Below, piece after piece: positions 39,077 through 47,981 of a DNA stretch of 47,981 bases. A program made the translations under genes and the position numbers. Origin of the DNA: an uncultured virus (IMG/VR IMGVR_UViG_2061766007_000189) (Duplodnaviria > Heunggongvirae > Uroviricota > Caudoviricetes); IMG/VR virus record IMGVR_UViG_2061766007_000189; one strand, written 5' to 3'. The notes beneath the pieces were generated by a model. The model saw only the letters and a program-made list of their open reading frames with translations, was not told the origin of the DNA and made no database searches. The first letter of the stretch is position 1. The number at the start of each line of letters is the position of its first letter.

Positions 39077-39923
39077 TTTTACCACTTCCCAAAATATTAA
39101 TATATTCTGCACCCTCGGATTTGATAAAATCCGAGTAAAGGTTAATAAGTTGCTCTACCTCTTTTGATATTGCGACTTCGCCATTATTGACAGAGATTAA
39201 ATTATCTCCAACGACAGCATTAAATGTGCCAAAGCCCTTACTTGACATACCTCCGAGCTTGGGAAGCTTAAACCATTCGGCTAAAGCGGAGTAAAACGCA
39301 CCCATTTCAAGGTCAGTTGCATTATTAAAAAAATAAATATCCTGCACAAACTCCGTACCCTCTGCCATATACTGCACAGCAAAACGCATTTGTGTACTCG
39401 CTTTCGCTTTTTTATCTTCTTCCGGGTCTGTCATATACCCGGCAAGTATATCGTCTTTGCCGTCATCGGTACGTGTAAACTCAATCTCGTCAATCAAGTT
39501 TTTCCAGCTAACCTCTGTCATTTTTTCACCTAACATCTCATAGGTCTCTTTGACGAGAGGATAGAGATTGCCGACAATCATCTTGCCCGCCATAATCATA
39601 TCACCCAAGCCGCCGCCAAAAAGCGACACAAACGGGAAATGTTCTCTTACTGATTTAGCCTTAGCGACATCATTCTTCATAGTGCCGTTGAGATTTCCGC
39701 CGCTGAAAAGTACATTAAAAATCTCTTTGTTGACCTTGACACCAAGAGTATCGAGAAGATACTTAGCACCATTATCTCTGAGTGTGCCTCTTACGCTGTT
39801 TGCCGTGATAATCGGCAAGCGACCGTTAGAGGTCTTAATTGTCTGAAAATAGCTACCTGTGCTTGCTGTTTCGCCAATATGAGATACCGGAGCAGTTGTT
39901 GTATACTTAATCCTCAATTTCAT
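39066..39923 (-). CDS. csf2: Csf2 (Cas7-group backbone)
   Basis: APVSH.GE, P.I.ANSVRG.LRD, LFSGG, SLFGG, TR.DD, QM......AEGT, LGGMSSKGFG. Confidence 0.9.
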   Translation of the reverse strand: MKLRIKYTTTAPVSHIGETASTGSYFQTIKTSNGRLPIITANSVRGTLRDNGAKYLLDTLGVKVNKEIFNVLFSGGNLNGTMKNDVAKAKSVREHFPFVSLFGGGLGDMIMAGKMIVGNLYPLVKETYEMLGEKMTEVSWKNLIDEIEFTRTDDGKDDILAGYMTDPEEDKKAKASTQMRFAVQYMAEGTEFVQDIYFFNNATDLEMGAFYSALAEWFKLPKLGGMSSKGFGTFNAVVGDNLISVNNGEVAISKEVEQLINLYSDFIKSEGAEYINILGSGKNAK

Positions 39924-40341
39924 CTTCAATTCCCTCCATCTTTTCTCTCTGAATACGTTCTCTTACAAGCATTGTGAGTAACATACCTTCATTCTCAAAA
40001 ATCGAAAGCAGGTCATCATCTTCAAAAATATCAATTTTGAAGTCCTTGACATCTGCCGACACAATAACGCTTCCGTCCGGCTGCATTACAAGCCCGCTCT
40101 CATCTTTAAGATATGCAGGCTTAACACTACTAATGTTGCCAAGCTTGCAAAAATGATTTACAAACTCCGCTACATTAGTCGCCTTAAGAGCTGCACCTCT
40201 TATGTAACTTGTAAACCTATTCCACGTTTCAAGCCCGTTGAGGCTACTCTGCTGATTCCTGCTGCGATAACACGCATAAAGAATCAACGCTGCCTTTCCT
40301 CGTTCTGCTGATTCAGTAGTAAATCCAAACTGCATAAACAT
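39907..40341 (-). CDS. Cas11-like small subunit
   Basis: About 144 aa, helical (W..F...IR.AA.KA....EF...FC), between csf1 and csf2, overlapping both. Confidence 0.65.
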   Translation of the reverse strand: MFMQFGFTTESAERGKAALILYACYRSRNQQSSLNGLETWNRFTSYIRGAALKATNVAEFVNHFCKLGNISSVKPAYLKDESGLVMQPDGSVIVSADVKDFKIDIFEDDDLLSIFENEGMLLTMLVRERIQREKMEGIEDEIED

Positions 40342-40994
40342 TCTTCCTCCGTTTTTTTCAATTTTTGCCCGCAATAAAGCGGGATCTGTATTTCGCGGCT
40401 TTTTTGTAACTCTGAGTTTAAAATACTCAGAACCTTTTCGCCTAAAGAAAAACCCAGTTTTTGCATGACCGCAAACGGAATTTCACCGTTTGACAATGCT
40501 GTTTTGCTCGCACCCAAAGTTATTAAACTCTCAACAAATCCGAACAACTGTTTCATTCGGTCGGGAGTAGTGTAAATTACTTCTGTTTCGAGGTTCACGG
40601 CATATCTATCCGCACTATAATTAACCTGCGAGCGGTAAAACAAGTGCTTTTTTTGGCTTGTCGTTATGATGAATCTAAACGGCGGATTTTGCCGTTTGCA
40701 CAACTCGTCTTTAAGCTCTCTAACATTGATAAGTCTAATTCCATTACAATCGACAATGTAATTGTAAAAGTACAGACTAAAAAGTTTTGAACACTCAGGG
40801 CAAATATACTCGCCAATGTAAGCGTAATCCGTAAAATTAGAGCTAATTATTTTTTTAGCTTTAACACCTTCTTTTTTGCTTTGATTGCATATAGGGCAGT
40901 CAAACTCTACATTTTCCACCGGATATTCTTTGATTTTTACCAGTTTTACAATGTCATTCCCTTTGCCGTCTCTGGTTTTGTATTCAATTTCCAA
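40284..40994 (-). CDS. csf1: Csf1 (Cas8-like Zn-finger subunit)
   Basis: CPIC...S.NFTDY...CPEC, PPF.F.I..SQKKHLFY...VN; probable TTG start after AGGAGG. Confidence 0.78.
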   Translation of the reverse strand: MEIEYKTRDGKGNDIVKLVKIKEYPVENVEFDCPICNQSKKEGVKAKKIISSNFTDYAYIGEYICPECSKLFSLYFYNYIVDCNGIRLINVRELKDELCKRQNPPFRFIITTSQKKHLFYRSQVNYSADRYAVNLETEVIYTTPDRMKQLFGFVESLITLGASKTALSNGEIPFAVMQKLGFSLGEKVLSILNSELQKSREIQIPLYCGQKLKKTEEECLCSLDLLLNQQNEERQR

Positions 40995-41059
40995 TAATTC
41001 ATTCCCTCCTAAAATCGCCGTAAATCCCCTGTAAGCCGTTTTACTCTCAAAAGGTAAAA

Positions 41060-41329
41060 TTACTCGCTTAAATTGTTTTCGCCCAAATTTGGGGTATTCT
41101 CGCTTGTTTTGGAGGGGTTCTCGGTGTATCGGGTGTTCCACTTTTCTAAAACTCTATCTTTGCAGCATTCCAATTCGCCCCAAGTGCATAGTCCTGCAAT
41201 TATATCTAACCTTTCAACATTACATCTGTCGCACTTGATTTTTACATAAATCCTCTCCGCAGATGAATTTATTAGCAAGAAAGGCTTTGCCCCACAAAAC
41301 GGGCACGGCTTCAACTTAACTTTACTCAT
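41060..41329 (-). CDS. Lar-family (restriction alleviation-like) Zn-ribbon protein
   Basis: KLKPCPFCG...I.C..C...WN.R. Confidence 0.65.
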   Translation of the reverse strand: MSKVKLKPCPFCGAKPFLLINSSAERIYVKIKCDRCNVERLDIIAGLCTWGELECCKDRVLEKWNTRYTENPSKTSENTPNLGENNLSE

Positions 41330-41424
41330 TGCTATCATCCTTTCCGACCTGAAGCGCAGCCATAAACAGCACGCCAAAAACCACTCCAAGGGTTACTCCA
41401 AAAATTAAACCTAATGTAAACGCT

Positions 41425-41697
41425 TTAATCATTGCTATCACTCCAATCTATCGCTTGACCGCACCATTTGCAAAATTTATAGCCACTGTGCAAAGAACCT
41501 TTATTTGTTAGTTGCTTGTTGCAATTAGAGCATCTAACAGTAGATGTGGTTATTATCACTTTCTTCGGTATCTGCTTTTCAAGTGCTTTAATAGTAAAAT
41601 CAAGTGTTTTTTCCTGCGTTCTTTTCACTTCGGCACTCAGGTCTTCGGTGTCAATCACAATGCACTTTAAAACGTTAATTGCTTCTTCAATCCTCAT
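41425..41697 (-). CDS. Small Zn-ribbon phage protein
   Basis: ALEKQIPKK...C..C...FC..CGQ.IDW. Confidence 0.7.
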   Translation of the reverse strand: MRIEEAINVLKCIVIDTEDLSAEVKRTQEKTLDFTIKALEKQIPKKVIITTSTVRCSNCNKQLTNKGSLHSGYKFCKWCGQAIDWSDSND

Positions 41698-42116
41698 TTT
41701 CTCAATCTACTTGTTTTCCCATAATGCTGGAGCGTTTGAAAAATCTGCTGTACTCCAACGGTAAATTGGTGTGTACATTGTATCACTCTCCTTTCTGNNN
41801 NNNNNNNCCTGCTTCTTCAATCGTCATTTTCTCACCCTCTTAAATCTCTTTCCATAATGCTTTCTTGACAAAATCCAGTCGACATACTCCATAAATGACG
41901 GAGCGTTTGAATAATCTACTGTACTCCAACGATAAATCGGTGTGTACATTGTATCACTCTCCTTTCTGCGTGACCGTATAACCCTCGTAAGCAATCACCG
42001 CACGAAAATATTCAAGGTTTCCTACCCATTCGCAATAATTATCATCAACACATTCACAAGAAGCTTCATGCTCGCTGTTAAAATACGAACAATATCCACG
42101 GTAATGNNNNNNNNNN

Positions 42117-43170
42117 TATTTTACCCATTGCCCATGTTTCGGCTGAACACGCGGTAAATTTTCAAGCATTTCGAGAATATCCCTATCTCTTGCACACGCA
42201 GTAATTTCACCGTCCCACTCTTGAACTGCTATTGGTTCTACCGTTTCAAGGTAGGCGTCAATCGCCGCCTGTCTGCTAATTAAATCATCTCTCATTTTTG
42301 GTTTCCTCCGTCATATCGTTTCTGAACATTTCCTTCTGTCGGTGCAGATACTTTTCCTCTCCAAAATCTTTTATTTGGTTTTCGTGTGTTGAAAGCACCA
42401 TCATTCCACCATGAGCAGCAACTATAAAGCCGTATTTCTCGGCTAATTTCCCGATTTCTTCCCAGTGGCTGTCTAATTCCTTACGTTTGCTCTCATTTAT
42501 CATTTTTCAAATCCTCCAACGCTCTCTCGGCTTCTTCTCTTGTTAAAAATACCTTTTCCCCAATTTCAAACCAATAGAAATTTTTGGATTCGCAGTTAAT
42601 TAAAGCTGCTGTTTTCGATATAGAAATTCCCTCAACTGTTTGCTCGTGAATTTCATAATGCTGCTTGCATACCTCATAGAGTTTATTACCAATCTTGCAC
42701 GGCAGCTCAACAGCGTTTACAGGCTCTATAGCTTCTGCAACTCTAAGAGCGTCCCACAATCCGTTTTTATAATCATCCGTTTTTTCGCTGCGGCACAACC
42801 CACAAATCAAAGCTTCTTCTAATCTGCGCTTGCTTATCAGTTCGCTCATTTTTCTACCTCGTGATTTCTTATTATTAACTCTCTTATCACTTCACAGCTT
42901 CCTCGGGATATCGCTTTTTCACACGGCAGACATTCACCGCTACAAATCGGCACTCCCATTGAGTCATTACGCCAGTAACATTCTTTNNNNNNNNNNATTA
43001 TTTTTTCGTTCCTTTCTGTTCAAAACAAACTCTTCAAATTCTAACCGTTCATAATCCGACAGCGGGCACCACCTCGGGATATTTTTATATTTCTTGTAAC
43101 GTTCGTAAAGTTCCCGATATTTTGGCTTGGTGATGTCCACTTGATACCCATATTTGTTATTCAATATCAC
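42117..43170 (-). CDS. Run of small coupled hypothetical early genes (42117-42295, 42285-42503, 42493-42849, 42997-43170)
   Basis: Overlapping start/stop codons; DLISRQAAID and VELPCKIG...VFLTREEAE phage motifs. Confidence 0.6.
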
Positions 43171-43250
43171 AGCTCCTTANNNNNNNNNNCGCATAGCGTG
43201 ACTTTATGACAACATTTGTAATATTTCCATCGCCTATTTGNNNNNNNNNN

Positions 43251-44556
43251 GTTAATTTCGTCAAGTACAATCTGAATGAGCTTTCTAAGGAATTGCTTCA
43301 AACGAATTTCAAGCTTATTGCACTTCAAATCAAGCAGTGCATAGCGTGATTTTATAACAACATTTGTGATATTTCCGTCACCTATCTGAGCGGAATTAAA
43401 GCCCATTCCAAAGCGATAAATATTCTTTTCGTCAAGGTCAAGCTTTGTCTGCCTTGCCTGATATGGAATATCAATTGTGCGAATATCGACAGTGCCGCCG
43501 TCATCCACACCAATTGCTTTTTTGACTTTAATGTTCTGTATCATTTGGCTAATATCGTCGCCCTGAAATCCGGTAACAACATAAAGAGCGTCCGTAAAAT
43601 CCTGCAAATTATTTGACAGTGAACAAGCCATTAAATCATAATCGTCAATCAAAGCTTTTATAGGTTTTAAGCCGCTGAATTGCTTTTTACCGTTGTCAAG
43701 ACGAAAAAACGGAATAAACCCGAACCCTTTGCCCGACTGTCTGCCTTTTTTGTCGGTGTAAATCGTGTGCGGACGTGGGTTCATTTCGACTGTGTCATCC
43801 GTAAACAANNNNNNNNNNCTTTAAGCCGCTGAATTGCTTTTTACCGTTGTCAAGACGGAAAAACGGAATAAACCCGAACCCTTTGCCCGACTGTCTGCCC
43901 TTTTTATCGGTATAAATCGTGTGCGGACGTGGGTTCATTTCGACTGTGTCATCCGTAAACAATTCGCCCTCACGTGCAGAAACATAAAAATAAATGTTTT
44001 CCTTATCCCAAACCTGAACACGGGTTATTTTCTTTTTGCCCTTGTCAATGCGGTCAATATACCAAAAAATTATGTATTCGCAGCCGTCATCGGTATCCTT
44101 TGCGCGAACCTCAACAACACCCATTGATTCGGCGCATTCAAAGCGTGTTTTGCCGTCTTCGCCGCTCACAGCATACATGTATTCAAAGCCTTTTGAAACT
44201 GTCCCGACAAGCAGCTCGTAAAGCTCGGAATAAAAATCATCATCAAAATAATTATCAAGCTCCGTCTGCAATTCGGGCAAATCCGATCGAATAGGATTAT
44301 CAGCACCCGACAGCATATATTGAACCTGTTGGTCAACAAGCTCGGTAAAGAACGGATGTGAAATACGAATATTGCTTTTGAATTTATCTTCTTGGAGAAT
44401 GCCGTCACCGTCATAATAGTAAATTTTATAATTGAGAATATCGTGTTCGCCCTCGTAATATTTTAAGCCTATTCGGGCAAACTGCTTTTTTTCGCTCGTT
44501 TTGTCATCGTTTATAAGTGTTATAATCTCGTCCGTACTCAGCAACTTTTCACCCCC
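43251..44556 (-). CDS. Second SPP1-like portal protein (fragmented, different phage)
   Basis: YYEGEHDIL, HPFFTELVDQ..QY, K.LIDDYD, ITNVVIKSRY.LLDLK. Confidence 0.85.
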
Positions 44557-44566
44557 NNNNNNNNNN

Positions 44567-44767
44567 TGTTCGGTAAGTTTTCCGAACAACAAGCAAATTT
44601 GCATCGGGATATTTCATCATATTTGAAATAAACCAAAGAGCCGCCGTTTTCGACTTTTTGCTTGCGCGGCTGCCCTTTACAACTCGATATCTGCCTTTGT
44701 AATGCCAAAACTTGTTATAGCCTTTTCCAACTGCTTTGGACAGTGAAACATTAATCATCTTCATTGA
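44567..44767 (-). CDS. Second PBSX-type terL, N-terminal fragment
   Basis: RYRVVKGSRASKKSKT...ANLLVVRK. Confidence 0.85.
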
Positions 44768-44863
44768 TATCACTCTCTATTACAACCGGAACTGCATCCG
44801 AAATATTTGTTTTCTCGTTGAACATACCGAACCTTTTACCGAGTAATTCAGCNNNNNNNNNNC

Positions 44864-45070
44864 CTAATATAACCAGCGGCTGCCGATATATCTTTCAAGT
44901 GCGTAACGCATAGCGTCCATTAAATGGTTAAAATCATCAATAGGCTTGTTTATCGTGTTTCCAAATTTATCTTTTTCAAACGTATAATTGCTAATTTCAG
45001 TAAGAAAATTTACGCATCGAGGGTGAATAATTATTTCCAAATCCTGTATCCACTGTACGCCATACATAAT
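44864..45070 (-). CDS. Second terL, C-terminal fragment
   Basis: IHPRC.NF..EI.NY...P.DDFNHLMDAMRYA. Confidence 0.85.
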   Translation of the reverse strand: MMYGVQWIQDLEIIIHPRCVNFLTEISNYTFEKDKFGNTINKPIDDFNHLMDAMRYALERYIGSRWLY

Positions 45071-46457
45071 NNNNNNNNNNTACTCAACAACCTCCTGAGC
45101 ATCTGCCGTGCGTTCGTTATGGATTTTTGTAAGTCGATCATCTATGTACTCTCTCATTTCGGGTATATATTTTGAGGTAGGTTTTTGTAGGTTTTTTTNN
45201 NNNNNNNNNNNNNNNNNNNNNNNNNNNNNNNNNNNNNNNNNNNNNNNNNNNNNNNNNNNNNNNNNNNNNNNNNNNNNNNNNNNNNNNNNNNNCGTTCGGA
45301 TCGTTGAGGTACTCCTCGCAAAAACGCTTTTGTTTCTCGTTTAATTTCGGCATTACCTCACCTCTTTAATACGTGAAGATAGTTATCTGTTGTCTTACTT
45401 TTATTACCCGACCNNNNNNNNNNAATTGAATTACCGAATTTATCTTTTTCAAATGTGTAGTTGCTGATTTCAGTAAGAAAATTTACGCATCGTGGGTGAA
45501 TAATTATTTCCAAATCCTGTATCCACTGTACGCCATACATNNNNNNNNNNNNNNNNNNNNNNNNNNNNNNNNNNNNNNNNNNNNNNNNNNNNNNNNNNNN
45601 NNNNNNNNNNNNNNNNNNNNNNNNNNNNNNNNNNNNNNNNNNNNNNNNNNNNNNNNNNNNNNNNNNNNNNNNNNNNNNNNNNNNNNNNNNNNNNNNNNNN
45701 NNNNNNNNNNNNNNNNNNNNNNNNNNNNNNNNNNNNNNNNNNNNNNNNNNNNNNNNNNNNNNNNNNNNNNNNNNNNNNNNNNNNNNNNNNNNNNNNNNNN
45801 NNNNNNNNNNNNNNNNNNNNNNNNNNNNNNNNNNNNNNNNNNNNNNNNNNNNNNNNNNNNNNNNNNNNNNNNNNNNNNNNNNNNNNNNNNNNNNNNNNNN
45901 NNNNNNNNNNNNNNNNNNNNNNNNNNNNNNNNNNNNNNNNNNNNNNNNNNNNNNNNNNNNNNNNNNNNNNNNNNNNNNNNNNNNNNNNNNNNNNNNNNNN
46001 NNNNNNNNNNNNNNNNNNNNNNNNNNNNNNNNNNNNNNNNNNNNNNNNNNNNNNNNNNNNNNNNNNNNNNNNNNNNNNNNNNNNNNNNNNNNNNNNNNNN
46101 NNNNNNNNNNNNNNNNNNNNNNNNNNNNNNNNNNNNNNNNNNNNNNNNNNNNNNNNNNNNNNNNNNNNNNNNNNNNNNNNNNNNNNNNNNNNNNNNNNNN
46201 NNNNNNNNNNNNNNNNNNNNNNNNNNNNNNNNNNNNNNTGCTTTGAGTTTATCCTTTTCGGAGGGTCTTTTCTGGATCTTTTCAATTTTCTGAGAACCTT
46301 TGCCGACGCCTTTTAATACTATTTCTTNNNNNNNNNNTTGTTGACAAACTTTTTCTTAGCATTGAATTTATGCTGAATTATGGCTTTTTTTACAGCACAA
46401 AGCCGCACTACCTGACCAATAGTGCGGCTTGCTTTTGCGATAAGAATGTAAACAGAA

Positions 46458-46529
46458 TTGCGGGGGTCGGACTCGAACCGACAGCCTCAAGGTTATGAGC
46501 CTAGCGAGCTACCTTTGCTCTACTCCGCT
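46458..46529 (-). tRNA. tRNA-Met(CAU), initiator-like
   Basis: 72-nt cloverleaf, CT-CAT-AA loop, GTTCGAGTC T arm, 1:72 mismatch, A11-U24; no encoded CCA. Confidence 0.8.
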
Positions 46530-46811
46530 GTGTATGGCAAGCCGATATTTCAGCCTGCCAAAAGGAGAAAAAAAGAATATGAACGATACAGAATAATCGT
46601 AATCCTCAAATAATGTAACAAGTGTGTGGCGGAGTGGGATTTTTAGAGTGCGGTCAAAAGTCCTTTGCTCCGCCCAAACTTTTACTACTATTATTNNNNN
46701 NNNNNTTTTAATCGTTATATCCAAATAATGTAACAAGTGTGTGGCGGAGTGGGATTTTCGGAGTGCGGTCAAAAGTCCTTTGCTCCGCCCTACCTTATTA
46801 CTTCATTTTAT

Positions 46812-46844
46812 ATTATATCACACCTAAAACGGACAAACGGACAA
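46812..46844 (-). promoter_or_regulatory. Putative late promoter, variant
   Basis: TTGTCCG x2 then TGATATAAT, right after the activator stop codon. Confidence 0.65.
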
Positions 46845-46845
46845 C

Positions 46846-47208
46846 TTACCATTTATATCTCTCACACATTTTCCTTACTCCGTCCGCCGTATTGTTTCCG
46901 CCGCATTCCATAGCAATTCTCGTCCAGCTATACTTCAAGCTGAATCTCATAAAGATACAATTCTCTTCAAATACATCTCTTGACAATCTGTTCAATGCCG
47001 AATTACGCAGTATCTCAAGATTTTGAATTTCTTTTTGAATATCTACAATTTGAGCGACAGAACCACCAACCTTATCGGAAACACTGTTGGCACTTGGCAT
47101 ACCCGATGTATTAGGAGATGTATTCATAGCCTCGCCCTCAATTCTCGCTATTTTGGAACGAAGATTTGATATGTTTTTGTCAATATTCTTAATGTCTTTT
47201 ACTTTCAA
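46846..47208 (-). CDS. RinA/ArpU-like late activator (second phage)
   Basis: GMP.....DKVG..V..I.D; W..IA...GG.NT.D.VRK. Confidence 0.75.
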   Translation of the reverse strand: MKVKDIKNIDKNISNLRSKIARIEGEAMNTSPNTSGMPSANSVSDKVGGSVAQIVDIQKEIQNLEILRNSALNRLSRDVFEENCIFMRFSLKYSWTRIAMECGGNNTADGVRKMCERYKW

Positions 47209-47313
47209 AATATCAACCCCTCTTTCTCCCTGATCGCTCTTGCTTTTTCTTCAAGTTCTTTCGCAATGCTTAAACACTCGATCTTTTGAGAATAAAACAT
47301 CGANNNNNNNNNN

Positions 47314-47585
47314 TTCAAAATCAAATTTTACTCGCATTTTTTCCCCAAAATGCTCTTTATTATGGCATTCGTGACACACAAGTTCAAGGTTATCGTGATT
47401 TAGCGTAATGTCGGGATTATTTACATTTTGTGGTGTGATATGCACCTTGTGATGTACTATGTAACCCGGTGCAGTATGGCAGTGCTGACATAAACCTCCG
47501 TCAATTCCCTTTCGGCTTTCGATAAAAGACTGCCTGCATTTCTGCCACTGTTTAGATTTATAAAATTGTTTTGCATAGTCTTTCA
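47314..47585 (-). CDS. Packaging-associated HNH endonuclease fragment
   Basis: FYKS..W..CR...GLC..C...VHHK...NLE.VC..CHNKEH. Confidence 0.85.
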
Positions 47586-47595
47586 NNNNNNNNNN

Positions 47596-47943
47596 GGCTT
47601 TAAGCTTATCTTTTTCAGACGGCTTTTTATGAACCTTTTCAATTTTCTGAGAACCTTTGCCGACGCCTTTTAAAACTATTTCTTCACTTTCGGACTCTCC
47701 GCGCATGACGGATGTGAGATACTCCATAATTTCCTGTGTATCAGCGGTACGTTCATTTTTAAGAGTTTCAAGTTTTTCCTCAATATACGCTTTAACTTCG
47801 CTTTTCTTCGTTAATTTCTGTCCTATTGTATAAGCGGTTTTTTCGGAATATCCTGCCCTTATAGCCGCCTGAGTAGCATTCAAGTCAATGAGGTATTCCT
47901 CACAAAAACGCTTTTGTTTCTCGTTCAATTTCAATTTAGGCAT
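47596..47943 (-). CDS. terS: Terminase small subunit (second phage, truncated at gap)
   Basis: KQKRFCEEYLIDLNATQAAIRAGYS.KTA. Confidence 0.92.
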
Positions 47944-47981
47944 TACCTCACTCCTTTGATACGTGAAGACAGTTGTTTTTT

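Noticed and set aside
45470..46293. Long ORFs in the ORF track
   Set aside because: They are almost entirely N. Other gap-spanning ORFs and ORFs antisense to structural genes were also disregarded.
46608..46790. Two roughly 70-nt direct repeats as a possible array for the csf operon
   Set aside because: They are separated by an N gap, are too long for CRISPR repeats, and are best explained as two alleles of one locus.
43167..47981. One phage with two portals and two terminase sets
   Set aside because: The second set is fragmented across gaps and not contiguous with the main arm, so it likely comes from other phages.

Overview
A gapped scaffold, broken by many 10-N joins, that mixes pieces of at least three related temperate siphoviruses. 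The host is probably a low-GC Clostridia-type bacterium (inferred). One gap-free stretch, 18863-41797, is a coherent minus-strand phage arm: small early genes, a late activator, tRNA-Ile(UAU), two DNA methyltransferases, then terminase, portal, head and tail genes. This arm contains a complete, compact, overlapping-gene type IV-B-like CRISPR effector operon (csf1/cas8-like, cas11-like, csf2/cas7, csf3/cas5, cysH-like) with no array, cas6 or cas1/2 in the window. That operon is the main find. The same arm has a group I intron with an HNH endonuclease splitting an HK97-gp10-like gene, an HNH cassette that displaced the C-terminus of a ParB-methyltransferase, and a -1 frameshift in the tail chaperone. 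The left 18 kb holds redundant integrase, immunity, antirepressor, LRR and lysis fragments, an attP-like junction, a candidate type I toxin-antitoxin-like peptide pair and a recurring small RNA. The right 5 kb holds packaging-gene fragments and a tRNA-Met from other phage variants. All protein calls come from motif recognition by eye, not from database searches.
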